From an uncultured Bacteroides sp. (GTDB lineage: Bacteria; Bacteroidota; Bacteroidia; Bacteroidales; Bacteroidaceae), in assembly GCA_902388365.1 (NCBI GenBank), contig CABMPB010000002.1, forward strand, positions 242,683-306,682: a stretch of DNA of 64,000 bases. Reading direction: 5' to 3'. The translations under genes and the position numbers were made by a program. Position 1 is the stretch's first letter; every line of letters starts with the position of its first letter. A model generated the notes under the pieces. The model was given only the letters and a program-made list of their open reading frames with translations. It was not told the origin of the DNA and searched no databases. This document shows, piece after piece, positions 39,556 through 49,715 of the stretch.

Positions 39556-42132
39556 TTATAGTCGGTTCAACACATCATCTGCAGCACTCTTTCCTTTGTA
39601 CTTCTTGGAATAGTTGTTGAAGCGATAGACTACGCTCAGTGATACGTGTCGTTCATCCTGGTCTTCATCTTGCCAAAAGTAGATGTTATTGATTCGTCCG
39701 TCATACAAGCTCATGCGACGCTCCAACAAATGTTCGCCTGCCAACCTCACTTGCAGTTTTTCGTTCAGGAAGGTTTTGCTGATACTTACGTTCATGTTGT
39801 GCTGGGCGCGAGAAGTAATCCATTGATAACTGCCCGAACTGGTGTAATTATATTCCAGATTGACCAACCAGTTTTTCGGCAGATGGAAGTTGTTTTCGAA
39901 AGTTACTATCCAGGTGGGTTTGTCCACAGAAAGTTCCCCGTCAATGGATTCCACTTTCTGGATGCATTGTCTATACATACCTGTCAGTGACGGCTCGTAG
40001 AAGCCGAAGCGGTGGCGCAGGTTTACTACGGCACTCAACTGCTGCTGCTTGTCATAGTTGCGCCAAGTGTTGACGCTGACTTCCGGCTTTTGCGGGTGAC
40101 TGTACATATAGAATCCTATGAAATCCTTGATGTACGTGTAACCCAAGGACAGATAGAGGAAATCATAAGAAAGAGAGTATAAAAAGCGATGCGAGGTTTG
40201 CGGAACCAGTAACGGGTTTCCTTCCTGATAATCGAAACGGTTGACATAGTATGAGTAGTTGTTCAGTCTTCCGAAATCCGGTCGGCTGATACCTGTACGG
40301 TAGCTGAGTGACTGGGAAACTTCTTTGGTCTTATAAGAAATTCCGAAGCTGGGGAAGAAGTTCCTGTAAGTGCGGCTGATGTTATTGTCGGCATCATACA
40401 GGTCACGATAGTTGTAAGTGACGTTCTCGTATCTCAGTCCGGCATTCAGCGAAAAGTCCCCTTTGGAGTAGCTGTACGAAATAAATCCGGCGTATTTTTC
40501 TTCTTCTGTTTCTGATTTGGAGTTGCTGCCCGTGCCGCCTTCGTATTCCAGAAAGCTGTTTCCGGTTACCTTATTCCACTCCCCGCCCATTACGAATGAA
40601 TGCTCATCGGTCAGGTTGTAAGTCAGTTTAGGGCTGATGGCATACACGTTATAATCGGCTTCATTGGTATTGGACACTTCCGATAGTCCGAAACGCTCTG
40701 ATTCTTCTGTCACTTTTTGCAAGCGTCCGTTGTGGGTATGGGCGTAGTCGGTGTAAACATCCAGTTTCAGCTTTTCATTTAGTTTGCCGGTGTAGTATGC
40801 ATTTAGATGATGATAATAATCATTGTCGTTCTTCAATAGAGAATTGCCTTTGATGTAGTCGTATGGCTCACCATTGGTCGTGATGGTGCTGAAAGAAGGA
40901 GCATCGTTATAGTCTTTAGACAGATAGCCGTCATACTGGATACCAATGCTATGCCGGTCGCTGATGGCATAATCGGCTCCGGCTGAATAGTTGTAAGAGC
41001 TGTACTGCATGGCTTTGCATTGTTGGTCAAGGTCTTGTGTCCAAATGGTGTCGGGGGTGGTGATGACGGTTTTCATCAGCTGATGGCTTTTCCGCCGGTA
41101 GTCTCCATAGGTAAAGGTGCCGAAGAGGTTCAGCCCGCCGGTCTGGTAGTTCAGTTTCACACTTTCTTCATTGCTCAGTTTGTGGTTCTGGGTTAATTCT
41201 CCGTTCAGTTGCACAGACCAGCCTTCCAGCCGTTTGGTGGTGGTAATTAATAACACTGCGCCAACAGATGCGTCATATTCTGCACCGGGATTGGTGATCA
41301 GTTCTACATTCTTTATGTTCTTTACTTCCAGTTGTTTCACTTCGTCTATGGAACGGGTTTTCTTTCCGTTGATGTAGATCAGTGGTGTGCCGCCGGTGAA
41401 AGAGGTGAGGTTACCACCTTCCATGGTCATGCCCGGAATCTTGCGGAGTACGTCCAGTACTCTGGTTTCGCGGCTCAGTACGGAATTGGCTACATTGGCA
41501 ATCACGCTTCCGCCTTTCATCTTGAATGCGGGTGCGGAGCCGGTCACTATTACTTCTCCCATGGCTACTGCACCGTCTTTTAAGGTTATGGGTTGCAGGG
41601 CTGTATCGGTTGTTATCCGGATGGGTTGGGTAAAGGTTTCGTATCCCAAAAAAGAAATGCAGAGCTCATAGTCTCCGGCAAGAATGTTGGGGATGAAGTA
41701 ATTGCCTGCCGCATCGGTGATGCTGCCGGTCACTACTTTCTCTCCTTTCTTTAACATGATGGTGGTACTTTCCATCGGCATGCTTTGTTCATCTAGTACC
41801 CGTCCTTTCAGGCTGTTCACACTTTTCACGGAGGCGGATACTACTACCACATACTGGTCTCCTTTCAGTGTATAGTTCAGCGGTTTGTCTTTCAGCAGAT
41901 CGCTGATGGCTTGTGTAATGGTTTCATTCCGGATGGAGGTCGTTACTCTATATGTTTGTATGTCATCATAGGTAAATAGGATACGGTATCCTGATGCTTG
42001 TTCCAGTTTCTTGAGTGCCGAAGGCAATGCTTCATTCCGGAAATCAAGAGTGATTCTCTTGTCTGTTTGTGCTGTGACAGTCAGTTGCAGGCTGCATAAG
42101 ATTAGCAAAAGATAAATAAGTCTTGTTTTCAT
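39556..42132 (-). CDS. TonB-dependent receptor / transducer with N-terminal STN domain (FecA-like; outer-membrane beta-barrel family)
   Basis: 858 aa with a signal peptide, an STN domain (EALPSALKKLEQASGYRILFTYDDIQ), a CarbopepD_reg domain (GSITDAAGNYFIPNILAGDYEL), a plug (PLIYINGKK, ITNPGAEYD) and a barrel ending in NRL. It is a paralogue of the receptor at 5913-8225. Confidence 0.85.
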   Translation of the reverse strand: MKTRLIYLLLILCSLQLTVTAQTDKRITLDFRNEALPSALKKLEQASGYRILFTYDDIQTYRVTTSIRNETITQAISDLLKDKPLNYTLKGDQYVVVVSASVKSVNSLKGRVLDEQSMPMESTTIMLKKGEKVVTGSITDAAGNYFIPNILAGDYELCISFLGYETFTQPIRITTDTALQPITLKDGAVAMGEVIVTGSAPAFKMKGGSVIANVANSVLSRETRVLDVLRKIPGMTMEGGNLTSFTGGTPLIYINGKKTRSIDEVKQLEVKNIKNVELITNPGAEYDASVGAVLLITTTKRLEGWSVQLNGELTQNHKLSNEESVKLNYQTGGLNLFGTFTYGDYRRKSHQLMKTVITTPDTIWTQDLDQQCKAMQYSSYNYSAGADYAISDRHSIGIQYDGYLSKDYNDAPSFSTITTNGEPYDYIKGNSLLKNDNDYYHHLNAYYTGKLNEKLKLDVYTDYAHTHNGRLQKVTEESERFGLSEVSNTNEADYNVYAISPKLTYNLTDEHSFVMGGEWNKVTGNSFLEYEGGTGSNSKSETEEEKYAGFISYSYSKGDFSLNAGLRYENVTYNYRDLYDADNNISRTYRNFFPSFGISYKTKEVSQSLSYRTGISRPDFGRLNNYSYYVNRFDYQEGNPLLVPQTSHRFLYSLSYDFLYLSLGYTYIKDFIGFYMYSHPQKPEVSVNTWRNYDKQQQLSAVVNLRHRFGFYEPSLTGMYRQCIQKVESIDGELSVDKPTWIVTFENNFHLPKNWLVNLEYNYTSSGSYQWITSRAQHNMNVSISKTFLNEKLQVRLAGEHLLERRMSLYDGRINNIYFWQDEDQDERHVSLSVVYRFNNYSKKYKGKSAADDVLNRL

Positions 42133-42217
42133 AAATAACTGTTTTATTTTGTTCTTTTGCTAATAATACGGATAGCCTGCAGAATCGGGTACTGTGAAAA
42201 TCGCTTTTTCTCTTGAA

Positions 42218-43273
42218 TTATTGCATTAGTCCTCCTTCTACAAAGAAAAGAACCTCATTTAAACGGTTTTTATTTGCTTTCCCATCTTTGAAAATGGCTG
42301 GAATTGAAATTATCTTGTCTTGAATCAGTTTATCTACCAAGTTCCACATAACCTCATGGTATAATATTACCATAGCTATTTTCTCATTATCAATACCATA
42401 CCGGGTAGCTAGGGAACTGCAATTCTTTTTTAGTTCTGCGCTGATAGATTCCACCAGTTTATCGTTTATTTGATGAAAGCTATCTTGTTGTTTTTTAATG
42501 ATGGGGATTAATACATTTCCATTATCGTCTACCAATCCATATGGTTTTAGTTGAGAGATAAGCTGATTATCTGTTATTTTTCCGAGCTTGTCTATTTCAT
42601 CTGCACATTGATCCATTGTTTTATTACTGGGAGCAATGCTGCTGTCAATGTAGGTCAATATCAAATTCTGTTCTCCAAATCCGTTTGTGCCACATGCAAG
42701 ATCCTTTCTAGGTTCGTATAATACCCAATAACAGCCACTCCAGCTTGTATGACTATCAATGTCCTCAAACAGAACCAGCTTTGTCCACATTCTTCCATCC
42801 AAGAGATATGAAAAGACGAGTGAAAGTGCATTCTCCCTAAAGCCCATTTCATTGATAATTTGGGTTAATGATATAAAATCTGCTTTTGTGTTTGCATACA
42901 TAGATTCGGCAATCTCTTTGCTGAAATTTCTTAAAGAATTGGTTTGTTCTTTATCGAGAATAGGTATTGTTGTTTTCCATTTACCTTTTGTCTCATTGAT
43001 AAGTCCGCCTACTTCCAGCAGTAATAATTGGCTGTCAGAGCATTTGATTCCCATTTCGTGAAGTTCAGTCTGGGTATGCGGGGTTCGCAGATTATATAGT
43101 ATTTCCCAGTTATTGTCAGGCTTTACGTAGTCTTCAGGCTGATGTCCATCTACTGCAATAAATTGAGTTGCCTCCCATTGGTCATAAGGGCGTATCGGGG
43201 TTTGTGCTTTCGTTATAGAGGGAACTGATAATAGTATCAATACTAATAGAAGTAAGATTGAATGATGTTTCAT
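42218..43273 (-). CDS. Hypothetical secreted protein of unknown function, inside the ECF-sigma/TonB transducer operon
   Basis: The start is placed at ATG 43271-43273 (MKHHSILLLLVLILLSVPSITKAQ, a signal peptide); the track ORF extends to 43402. 351 aa in a low-GC gene, no recognisable domain. Confidence 0.5.
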   Translation of the reverse strand: MKHHSILLLLVLILLSVPSITKAQTPIRPYDQWEATQFIAVDGHQPEDYVKPDNNWEILYNLRTPHTQTELHEMGIKCSDSQLLLLEVGGLINETKGKWKTTIPILDKEQTNSLRNFSKEIAESMYANTKADFISLTQIINEMGFRENALSLVFSYLLDGRMWTKLVLFEDIDSHTSWSGCYWVLYEPRKDLACGTNGFGEQNLILTYIDSSIAPSNKTMDQCADEIDKLGKITDNQLISQLKPYGLVDDNGNVLIPIIKKQQDSFHQINDKLVESISAELKKNCSSLATRYGIDNEKIAMVILYHEVMWNLVDKLIQDKIISIPAIFKDGKANKNRLNEVLFFVEGGLMQ

Positions 43274-43398
43274 AATCGTTTTATTTAGAGTTTTATGTTT
43301 TAAGTAAAAGGATGACACTATGGAATATTTAAAAGTGAATATTGTTATGTCTACAATGGACAAAGGTATAAAATATGTGATATGATTGGTGTTTTCTG

Positions 43399-44451
43399 TC
43401 AACGATTCTTTTTATTTGGTAGTGCGGATTCACTCAGGCTGACTATTACCTTATCATTCTTCAGCGTTGCATTCACTTTCTGCATACTGTTCAGCAAATC
43501 AAGGACTTGGGGAAGTGACTCACTCCTATCCGATTGGAAATGCAGGCGGTAGTGCATGGCTTCTTTGCTGGTGAATATGATATTGATGTTGTACCAACGC
43601 CCCAGTTCACGCATGATTTCTACCAGTTCGGTGTTATCGAAATAGAATTGTCCCTCTGCCCAAGAGTTATAGGCTTTGGCTTCCACTTCGTTTATGGTGA
43701 AGTTGCCTGTTTGCTGCAGAGTGGCATTCTGTCCCGGTTTCATGAGTATCTCCTTTTTATGCCGGGCATCGCTTACTTTTACACTTCCTTCTACCAAAGT
43801 GACATGGGCATCTTCGGGAGAATAGGCACGGACATTGAATGCTGTGCCTAATACTTGTGTTTCCAGCAAATCTGTTTCTACAATGAACGGATGTGTAGCA
43901 TCTTTGGCTACTTCAAAGTAGGCTTCTCCTTTCAAGCGGACCACTCTCCTCTCCTGCCCTTCAAAGGTTTCGGGGTATTCTAATTGGCTTTCGGCATTGA
44001 GCCATACTTGTGTGCCGTCGGGCAATTCGAGTTTTTTATTCATGCCTCGCGGAACATTCAGTATGTGGATTCCTTGTTGTGTTTGCACAGTGATTTCTTG
44101 CGCTACCGTGGTAGCTTCGAAAACAGTATAGGCGGATGGTGCGGATGTACGGAGTACGAAAAACAAAGCAATGGTAGCGGCTACCAGCAAAGCTGCCGTA
44201 AAACCAACGATGCGTTTACCACTACGGTGAGTGTGGCGGGCAGAGAACTTTTTCCATTCCCCTTCTATATCCGGAGCAGGTGCATACCGGCGTGCCAATG
44301 CTTCTTTGCTATCCAGCAAATCACGACAGGTTTGCAGGCACTCTTTATCTGCCAGCAACGCACGCAGTTCTTCTTCCGAAAAGTCTTCCGGGTGTTCCAT
44401 CGCTTGCAACGTGCGGCTTATTTTTTCTTCGATGCGTTTATCTTCGTTCAT
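43399..44451 (-). CDS. FecR-family anti-sigma factor
   Basis: 350 aa with a cytoplasmic N-terminus, a TM (IVGFTAALLVAATIALFFVL), a FecR beta domain and a C-terminal DUF4974-like region. Confidence 0.85.
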   Translation of the reverse strand: MNEDKRIEEKISRTLQAMEHPEDFSEEELRALLADKECLQTCRDLLDSKEALARRYAPAPDIEGEWKKFSARHTHRSGKRIVGFTAALLVAATIALFFVLRTSAPSAYTVFEATTVAQEITVQTQQGIHILNVPRGMNKKLELPDGTQVWLNAESQLEYPETFEGQERRVVRLKGEAYFEVAKDATHPFIVETDLLETQVLGTAFNVRAYSPEDAHVTLVEGSVKVSDARHKKEILMKPGQNATLQQTGNFTINEVEAKAYNSWAEGQFYFDNTELVEIMRELGRWYNINIIFTSKEAMHYRLHFQSDRSESLPQVLDLLNSMQKVNATLKNDKVIVSLSESALPNKKNR

Positions 44452-44464
44452 GCTATTTGCCCTT

Positions 44465-45019
44465 TCACATTAATATATACGTTTCATCTTCCTTTTCGGG
44501 TACTTCCTGGCTTTTCTTTTTGATACCGAATTCTTCACGTATCAATCGGAGGGCCTTCATAACGTGTTTCTTTATTCCGTTGATACTCATTCCAAATTCA
44601 TCGGCTACTTCCTTGTATTTCTTATTTTCATAGTAGCATTCCTTTAGAATGGTTTTGGTAGGATCAGTCAGATCTTCAATTACTTTTTCGATGCGTGCGA
44701 TCCTTTCTTCCCGTTCACTGAAACCGTTATCGGCTTCTTCTTGAGTTACGGCACGATAAAAGTCGGCATATTGTTCTTCTACCTGTGAGTGGCGCAGGTG
44801 GTCGATACATTTATTGCGTACATTGGTGTATAAATAGGTGGTAATCGTTTCTCGTTGAAGGGATTCAAACTGACTCCAGACTTTCTCGAATACATCGTTT
44901 ACAATGTCCTTACAGATTTCGGCATCGCTGATAAACTGGAACGCATAGTAATACAATCGGGCATAATTGTCCTTGTATAGTTGTTCAAACTCGTATTTAT
45001 ATCTTGTGCGTTCCAACAT
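44465..45019 (-). CDS. ECF-type RNA polymerase sigma-70 factor
   Basis: Region 2 (LYYYAFQFISDAEICKDIVNDVF) and a region 4 HTH. The start is placed at ATG 45017-45019 (MLERTRY); the track ORF extends to 45109. Confidence 0.85.
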   Translation of the reverse strand: MLERTRYKYEFEQLYKDNYARLYYYAFQFISDAEICKDIVNDVFEKVWSQFESLQRETITTYLYTNVRNKCIDHLRHSQVEEQYADFYRAVTQEEADNGFSEREERIARIEKVIEDLTDPTKTILKECYYENKKYKEVADEFGMSINGIKKHVMKALRLIREEFGIKKKSQEVPEKEDETYILM

Positions 45020-45190
45020 GATGCGGCAAATTACGCAATAAAGTTTCAAAAAAACAAGGATACTGGGAACGATTGCAGATTTTGAGAACGTTCCCGCAAA
45101 CGTTCTCAAGAGATTTCAATGCTGTTGGGGAGAGTTCTTTTTGATGGGTGGCCTATCTTCGTTGCATAAATCTAATAAACAAGTAATATC

Positions 45191-46078
45191 ATGAAAACAA
45201 CAATCGTAGGAATGGGAGAAGCCCTGTGGGACGTTCTTCCCGAAGGAAAGAAACTGGGTGGTGCACCGGCTAATTTTGCATATCACATGTCACAGTTTGG
45301 TTATGACAGTGTAGTGGTAAGTGCTGTGGGGGATGACAAGTTAGGGAATGAAATTCTTGATAACCTGGATGCTAAGCAGTTGCAGTATAATATAGAGAAA
45401 GTGCCTTATCCTACGGGTGTGGTACAGGTGACGTTGGACGATGCGGGAGTTCCTTGCTATGAAATAAAAGAAAATGTAGCTTGGGATAATATTCCTTTTA
45501 CTCCTGCCCTGGAGGAACTGGCACACCACACGCAGGCGGTTTGCTTTGGCTCATTGGCACAGCGCAGTGTAGTGTCTCGCCAAACCATCAACCGATTTTT
45601 GGATGCAATGCCTCAAAAGGGAGAACAATACAAAATTTTCGATATAAATCTTCGTCAGGGATTCTATACGAAAGAAATCCTTGACCATTCTTTCAGCAGA
45701 TGCAATATCCTGAAGATTAACGATGAGGAACTGATTACCATCAGCCGACTGTTCGGTTTCCCCGGAATTGACCTTCAGGATAAATGCTGGATCTTGTTGG
45801 CCAAGTACAATCTGAAAATGCTGATTCTGACTTGTGGCATTAATGGAAGTTACGTATTTACTCCGGGAGAAGTCTCGTTTGTAGAGACTCCGAAAGTGGA
45901 GGTCGCCGACACAGTAGGTGCAGGAGATTCATTTACGGCAGCCTTTATTGCAGCTATCCTGGCAGGAAAGAGTGTGTCGCACGCACACAAGTTGGCAGTG
46001 GATGTTTCTGCATTTATTTGTACGCAGAACGGAGCAATGCCTCTGCTGCCGCAAGAAATGAAAAGGCGGGTTCAGTAA
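45191..46078 (+). CDS. PfkB-family carbohydrate kinase (fructokinase-like)
   Basis: 295 aa with an N-terminal GG motif (GMGEALWDVL...GGAPANFA) and a C-terminal anion hole with catalytic DTVGAGDSF. Confidence 0.85.
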   Translation: MKTTIVGMGEALWDVLPEGKKLGGAPANFAYHMSQFGYDSVVVSAVGDDKLGNEILDNLDAKQLQYNIEKVPYPTGVVQVTLDDAGVPCYEIKENVAWDNIPFTPALEELAHHTQAVCFGSLAQRSVVSRQTINRFLDAMPQKGEQYKIFDINLRQGFYTKEILDHSFSRCNILKINDEELITISRLFGFPGIDLQDKCWILLAKYNLKMLILTCGINGSYVFTPGEVSFVETPKVEVADTVGAGDSFTAAFIAAILAGKSVSHAHKLAVDVSAFICTQNGAMPLLPQEMKRRVQ

Positions 46079-46100
46079 ATCCTTTTTAATCTCCGGTAAA

Positions 46101-46862
46101 ATGAAAAACACATTATCAAAGATATTATTTTCAGTTGCGGCACTGGTTGGCAGTTTTTACCAAGCTGATGCGCAGGTGAATTTTGCTTTAGACCTACAGA
46201 CCATGCATTTATGGCGTGGAATGGAGGTGGCAGACGGAATGGTGCTGACTTCCGACTTGAATATGACTGACCGTCGGAAAGAATTTTGTTTGGGTCTGTG
46301 GGGAGGAATGAATACACAGGCTTCGTATAAGGAATTTGATTATTACGTTTCATACACCAAGGGCGGGTTTAAATGCTCTTTATGGGACATTTATAATTTC
46401 TCGCCTGGAGCAACTTATAACAATAGGGAGGTTTTTAATTACAGGGCTTCGGAGACAGGGCGTTTTATTGACGCTACGGTGTCTTACCAATGGAAGCATA
46501 AGTTTCCACTGTCTTTGAATTGGTCGACGATTGTTTTCGGGCGTGACCGGGACAGGGAGAATCAGAAGAACCGATATTCCACTTTTGTTTATGCCGACTA
46601 TTCTTTTTGGCAGAAAGAGGGATGGGATATTAGTGCAGGGGCCGGTGCGGCTTTTGCACTCTCTCCCGGAAACGATGAAAAGGGACATCGCATCCGTGAG
46701 AACTTTTATGGAGATACGGCGGGTATTGTCCATCTGAATATAAAAGCTGTATACCAGCTCTCTGTCTGTCAGATGAATTTCCCTGTTACACTGCTGGCTA
46801 TGTGGAATCCGCAGAATAATGATGCGTTTTTCCAGGTCGGAGTGCGAGTGCTGGATTTTTAA
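46101..46862 (+). CDS. Hypothetical small outer-membrane beta-barrel protein (signal peptide, C-terminal Phe)
   Basis: 253 aa with a signal peptide ending ADAQ, alternating aromatic/hydrophilic strands and a terminal ...VLDF. Confidence 0.5.
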   Translation: MKNTLSKILFSVAALVGSFYQADAQVNFALDLQTMHLWRGMEVADGMVLTSDLNMTDRRKEFCLGLWGGMNTQASYKEFDYYVSYTKGGFKCSLWDIYNFSPGATYNNREVFNYRASETGRFIDATVSYQWKHKFPLSLNWSTIVFGRDRDRENQKNRYSTFVYADYSFWQKEGWDISAGAGAAFALSPGNDEKGHRIRENFYGDTAGIVHLNIKAVYQLSVCQMNFPVTLLAMWNPQNNDAFFQVGVRVLDF

Positions 46863-46865
46863 AGT

Positions 46866-47873
46866 TTATTCTTCCGTAGAGGCTCTCAATTTGATTTCCG
46901 CATTCAGTGTGATGGTTCGGTTGGGAGCTTCCGGATTGTTTATTTTCTCTAGCATCAATTGGGCGGCGCTCTCTCCCATTTCAACCAATGGTTGCTCTAC
47001 TGTGGTGAGTTGCGGAGTGACAATTGTGGACAGGATTGTACCCGAGAAACTAGCTACGGCTATTTCTTCGGGTATTTTTATGTGCTGTTCCTGCAGATAG
47101 TTCATGGCTCCGATAGCCAATGTGTCCGTAAAGGCGAAGATGGCATCGAAAGGCGTGCCGGTTTTCAACAACTGTGCAGCAGCTTCCCGTCCGTCGCCAA
47201 TGGTCATCCCTGTTTTTATGACTAATGCAGGCTCAAATGGAATCTTGAACTTTTCCAAAGCATCCTTGTATCCTCTTGTTCTTTCTATGGAATTATAGAT
47301 ATAAGGTGGTGCTTGCAGATGCGCTATGCGTTTCCGCCCTATCCGTATGAGGTGTTCCACCATAAAGAATGATTTCAAATAATCATCTACTACTACTTTC
47401 GAAACATCCAGCCCGTCCGGTATCCGGTCATAGAATACCATTGGAGTGCCTTCAGCTTGTAACCGGATGTATTCTTCGCGGTTCTGTGTGTGGTGTGAAA
47501 GGCAAATGATGATACCATCTACCATAAAACGCTCCATCATCAATAGATTCTCCCGTTCCGTTTCCGGGTTTTCGCCGGATTGGGCGATAATCACTTTCAG
47601 CCCTTTAGGATATAACACTTTCTGAATCCCTTCGATGACTTGTGAAGCGAAAGGCGTAATCATTTCGGGAACAATGACTCCCACCGTGTTAGTGCGTCCA
47701 TACTTCAAGTTGGTGGCTACGGGATTGGGTTTGTATCCCAATTGCCTGGCAGTTTCCAGCACCTTTTCTTTGGTTTCCTTTCGGATGTTCTTGTCATCAA
47801 TCAATGCCCGTGAGACAGTTGATACGGAAAGTGTCAGATGCTCGGCTATATCTTTTATGGTTACACGCTTCAT
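46866..47873 (-). CDS. LacI-family transcriptional regulator
   Basis: The start is placed at ATG 47871-47873 (MKRVTIKDIAEHLTLSVSTVSRAL, an HTH); the track ORF extends to 47912. It has a periplasmic-binding-protein-like sugar-binding core. Confidence 0.9.
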   Translation of the reverse strand: MKRVTIKDIAEHLTLSVSTVSRALIDDKNIRKETKEKVLETARQLGYKPNPVATNLKYGRTNTVGVIVPEMITPFASQVIEGIQKVLYPKGLKVIIAQSGENPETERENLLMMERFMVDGIIICLSHHTQNREEYIRLQAEGTPMVFYDRIPDGLDVSKVVVDDYLKSFFMVEHLIRIGRKRIAHLQAPPYIYNSIERTRGYKDALEKFKIPFEPALVIKTGMTIGDGREAAAQLLKTGTPFDAIFAFTDTLAIGAMNYLQEQHIKIPEEIAVASFSGTILSTIVTPQLTTVEQPLVEMGESAAQLMLEKINNPEAPNRTITLNAEIKLRASTEE

Positions 47874-48068
47874 GGCTAGAGTATTTAAGGTATAATTGAA
47901 ACAAAAATACACCTTTCGTTTTTCATCTGCAAATAAAATGGGAACGTTTGCAGATTTTGGGAACGATTGCGGGAACGTTTGCAGGCGAATCCCTTTAAAT
48001 TTCTTCGTTTTTCTTTTTTCCGCCTTCTATATTTGTGGCATAAATCAACAATTTAAAACCATAAAATC

Positions 48069-49514
48069 ATGAAAACACAAGTTATTTCTTTCGATTACAA
48101 TCGTGAACAAGTAAAAGCAGGTATCGTACACATTGGCGTTGGTAATTTCCATCGTGCACACGAGGAGTATTACACTAATCTGTTACTGGCTGATGCCACC
48201 CAGCAGAATTGGGGAATTTGCGGCGTAATGTTGCTGCCGTCTGATGAACATCTGTACAAGGCATTGAAAAAGCAGAACGGTGAATATACCTTGACCGTTT
48301 GCGGGCGTGACGGTAAGGATGAGGCTTATCGCATCGGTTCACTGGTAGAACTGATTTGGGGCCTTGAAAATCCTTCTGCTGTTATAAATAAGATAGCAGA
48401 TAAGGAAATCAGGATTATCACTCTGACCATCACAGAGGGCGGATACAATCAGGACAAGACTACCGGTGAGTTTGATCTTCAGAATGAAATGATACAGCAT
48501 GACATAATCAATCCGCAGGCTCCCAAAACTGTATTCGGTTTTGTGGCAGAAGGCTTGCGTGAACGTATGCAGAGAGGAAACGGTCCTGTCACCATCCTTT
48601 CTTGCGACAACCTTCAACACAATGGAAATACGGCAAAGCGCTCTTTTACCGCCTTTATCAAAGCGCAAGATCAGGAACTGGCTGCATGGGTGGCACAGAA
48701 TGTTACTTTCCCCAACAGCATGGTAGACCGCATTACTCCGGCTACTACTCCTGCTGACATAGAACGGCTGAATGCAAAGAACGACACTGAAGATCAAGCC
48801 CCTGTATATTGTGAAGACTTTATTCAATGGGTGATAGAAGATAATTTCATTGCCGACCGTCCGGCATGGGAAAAGGCCGGTGCGGAGTTTACCAACGATG
48901 TAACTGCTTACGAAAATATGAAGTTGAGCCTTCTGAACGCTTCTCATACCCTCCTATCCTATCCTGCTTTCCTCAGTGGTTACCGAAAGGTGGACGAAGC
49001 GATGCATGATGAACGTTTTGCTCGGTTGCTCCGTACCTTTATGGATAAGGATATTACTCCGTATGTTCCTGCTCCGGGAAATACTGATTTGGAATTGTAT
49101 AAGCAGACGTTGATTGAGCGTTTTGGAAATCGTTCTGTCAGTGACCAGTTGGCACGTCTTTGTTTTGACGGGGTATCCAAATATCCGGTATATGTAATGC
49201 CCAACCTGATTCGGATGATTCGTGACCATGCAGATCTGACCCGTGTAGCTTTCTCTATTGCCGCTTATCGTCATTATCTGAAATATAAAGTGGATGATAA
49301 AGGAATGGCTTATGAAGTGAGTGATCCTTGGTTGACGGATGGAGATAAGCAACTTATAGCCAGCAGTGAACCGATGGACTTCTTAGCACTTTCGCCTTTC
49401 CGGAGCACAGATCTGAAAGCTGCAGAGAACTTTGTAAAAGTTTACTTGCAGATGGTGAAAGATATAAAAGAAAAAGGTATCTTGCCGGTGCTGGAAATGA
49501 TTCTTGCTAAATAA
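48069..49514 (+). CDS. Mannitol-dehydrogenase-family oxidoreductase (likely fructuronate/tagaturonate reductase, UxuB/UxaB-like)
   Basis: 481 aa with an N-terminal Rossmann fold (GIVHIGVGNFHRAH) and the C-terminal domain of long-chain mannitol dehydrogenases. Confidence 0.8.
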   Translation: MKTQVISFDYNREQVKAGIVHIGVGNFHRAHEEYYTNLLLADATQQNWGICGVMLLPSDEHLYKALKKQNGEYTLTVCGRDGKDEAYRIGSLVELIWGLENPSAVINKIADKEIRIITLTITEGGYNQDKTTGEFDLQNEMIQHDIINPQAPKTVFGFVAEGLRERMQRGNGPVTILSCDNLQHNGNTAKRSFTAFIKAQDQELAAWVAQNVTFPNSMVDRITPATTPADIERLNAKNDTEDQAPVYCEDFIQWVIEDNFIADRPAWEKAGAEFTNDVTAYENMKLSLLNASHTLLSYPAFLSGYRKVDEAMHDERFARLLRTFMDKDITPYVPAPGNTDLELYKQTLIERFGNRSVSDQLARLCFDGVSKYPVYVMPNLIRMIRDHADLTRVAFSIAAYRHYLKYKVDDKGMAYEVSDPWLTDGDKQLIASSEPMDFLALSPFRSTDLKAAENFVKVYLQMVKDIKEKGILPVLEMILAK

Positions 49515-49527
49515 ATGCATTCGAGAG

Positions 49528-49669
49528 GTGTGTCAAAACTAGAATTTACTATCATTTTGTTGTAGGGGCGGGGTTTGCCCGCCCGAAAATAGTTCGCTTT
49601 GTGTATTCGGGCAGGCAAACCCTGCCCCTACCAGTGAACATTTGATAGTTGCTCCAGAGTTTTGACACA
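49528..49669. repeat. GTAGGGGCGG double-hairpin palindromic element, full copy
   Basis: Outer inverted repeat GTGTCAAAACT...AGTTTTGACAC enclosing the hairpins GTAGGGGCGGGGTTTGCCCGCCC and GGGCAGGCAAACCCTGCCCCTAC. It lies 14 bp after the stop of the upstream reductase and overlaps the 5' end of the MFS track ORF. Confidence 0.65.
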
Positions 49670-49715
49670 ACCTCCTACCGTAAAACCTTTATTAAATCAA
49701 CTAATAAGCTATGCC

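Noticed and set aside
39646-41671. Plus-strand ORFs inside the STN-TonB transducer gene
   Set aside because: They are antisense shadows of a conserved 858-aa receptor.
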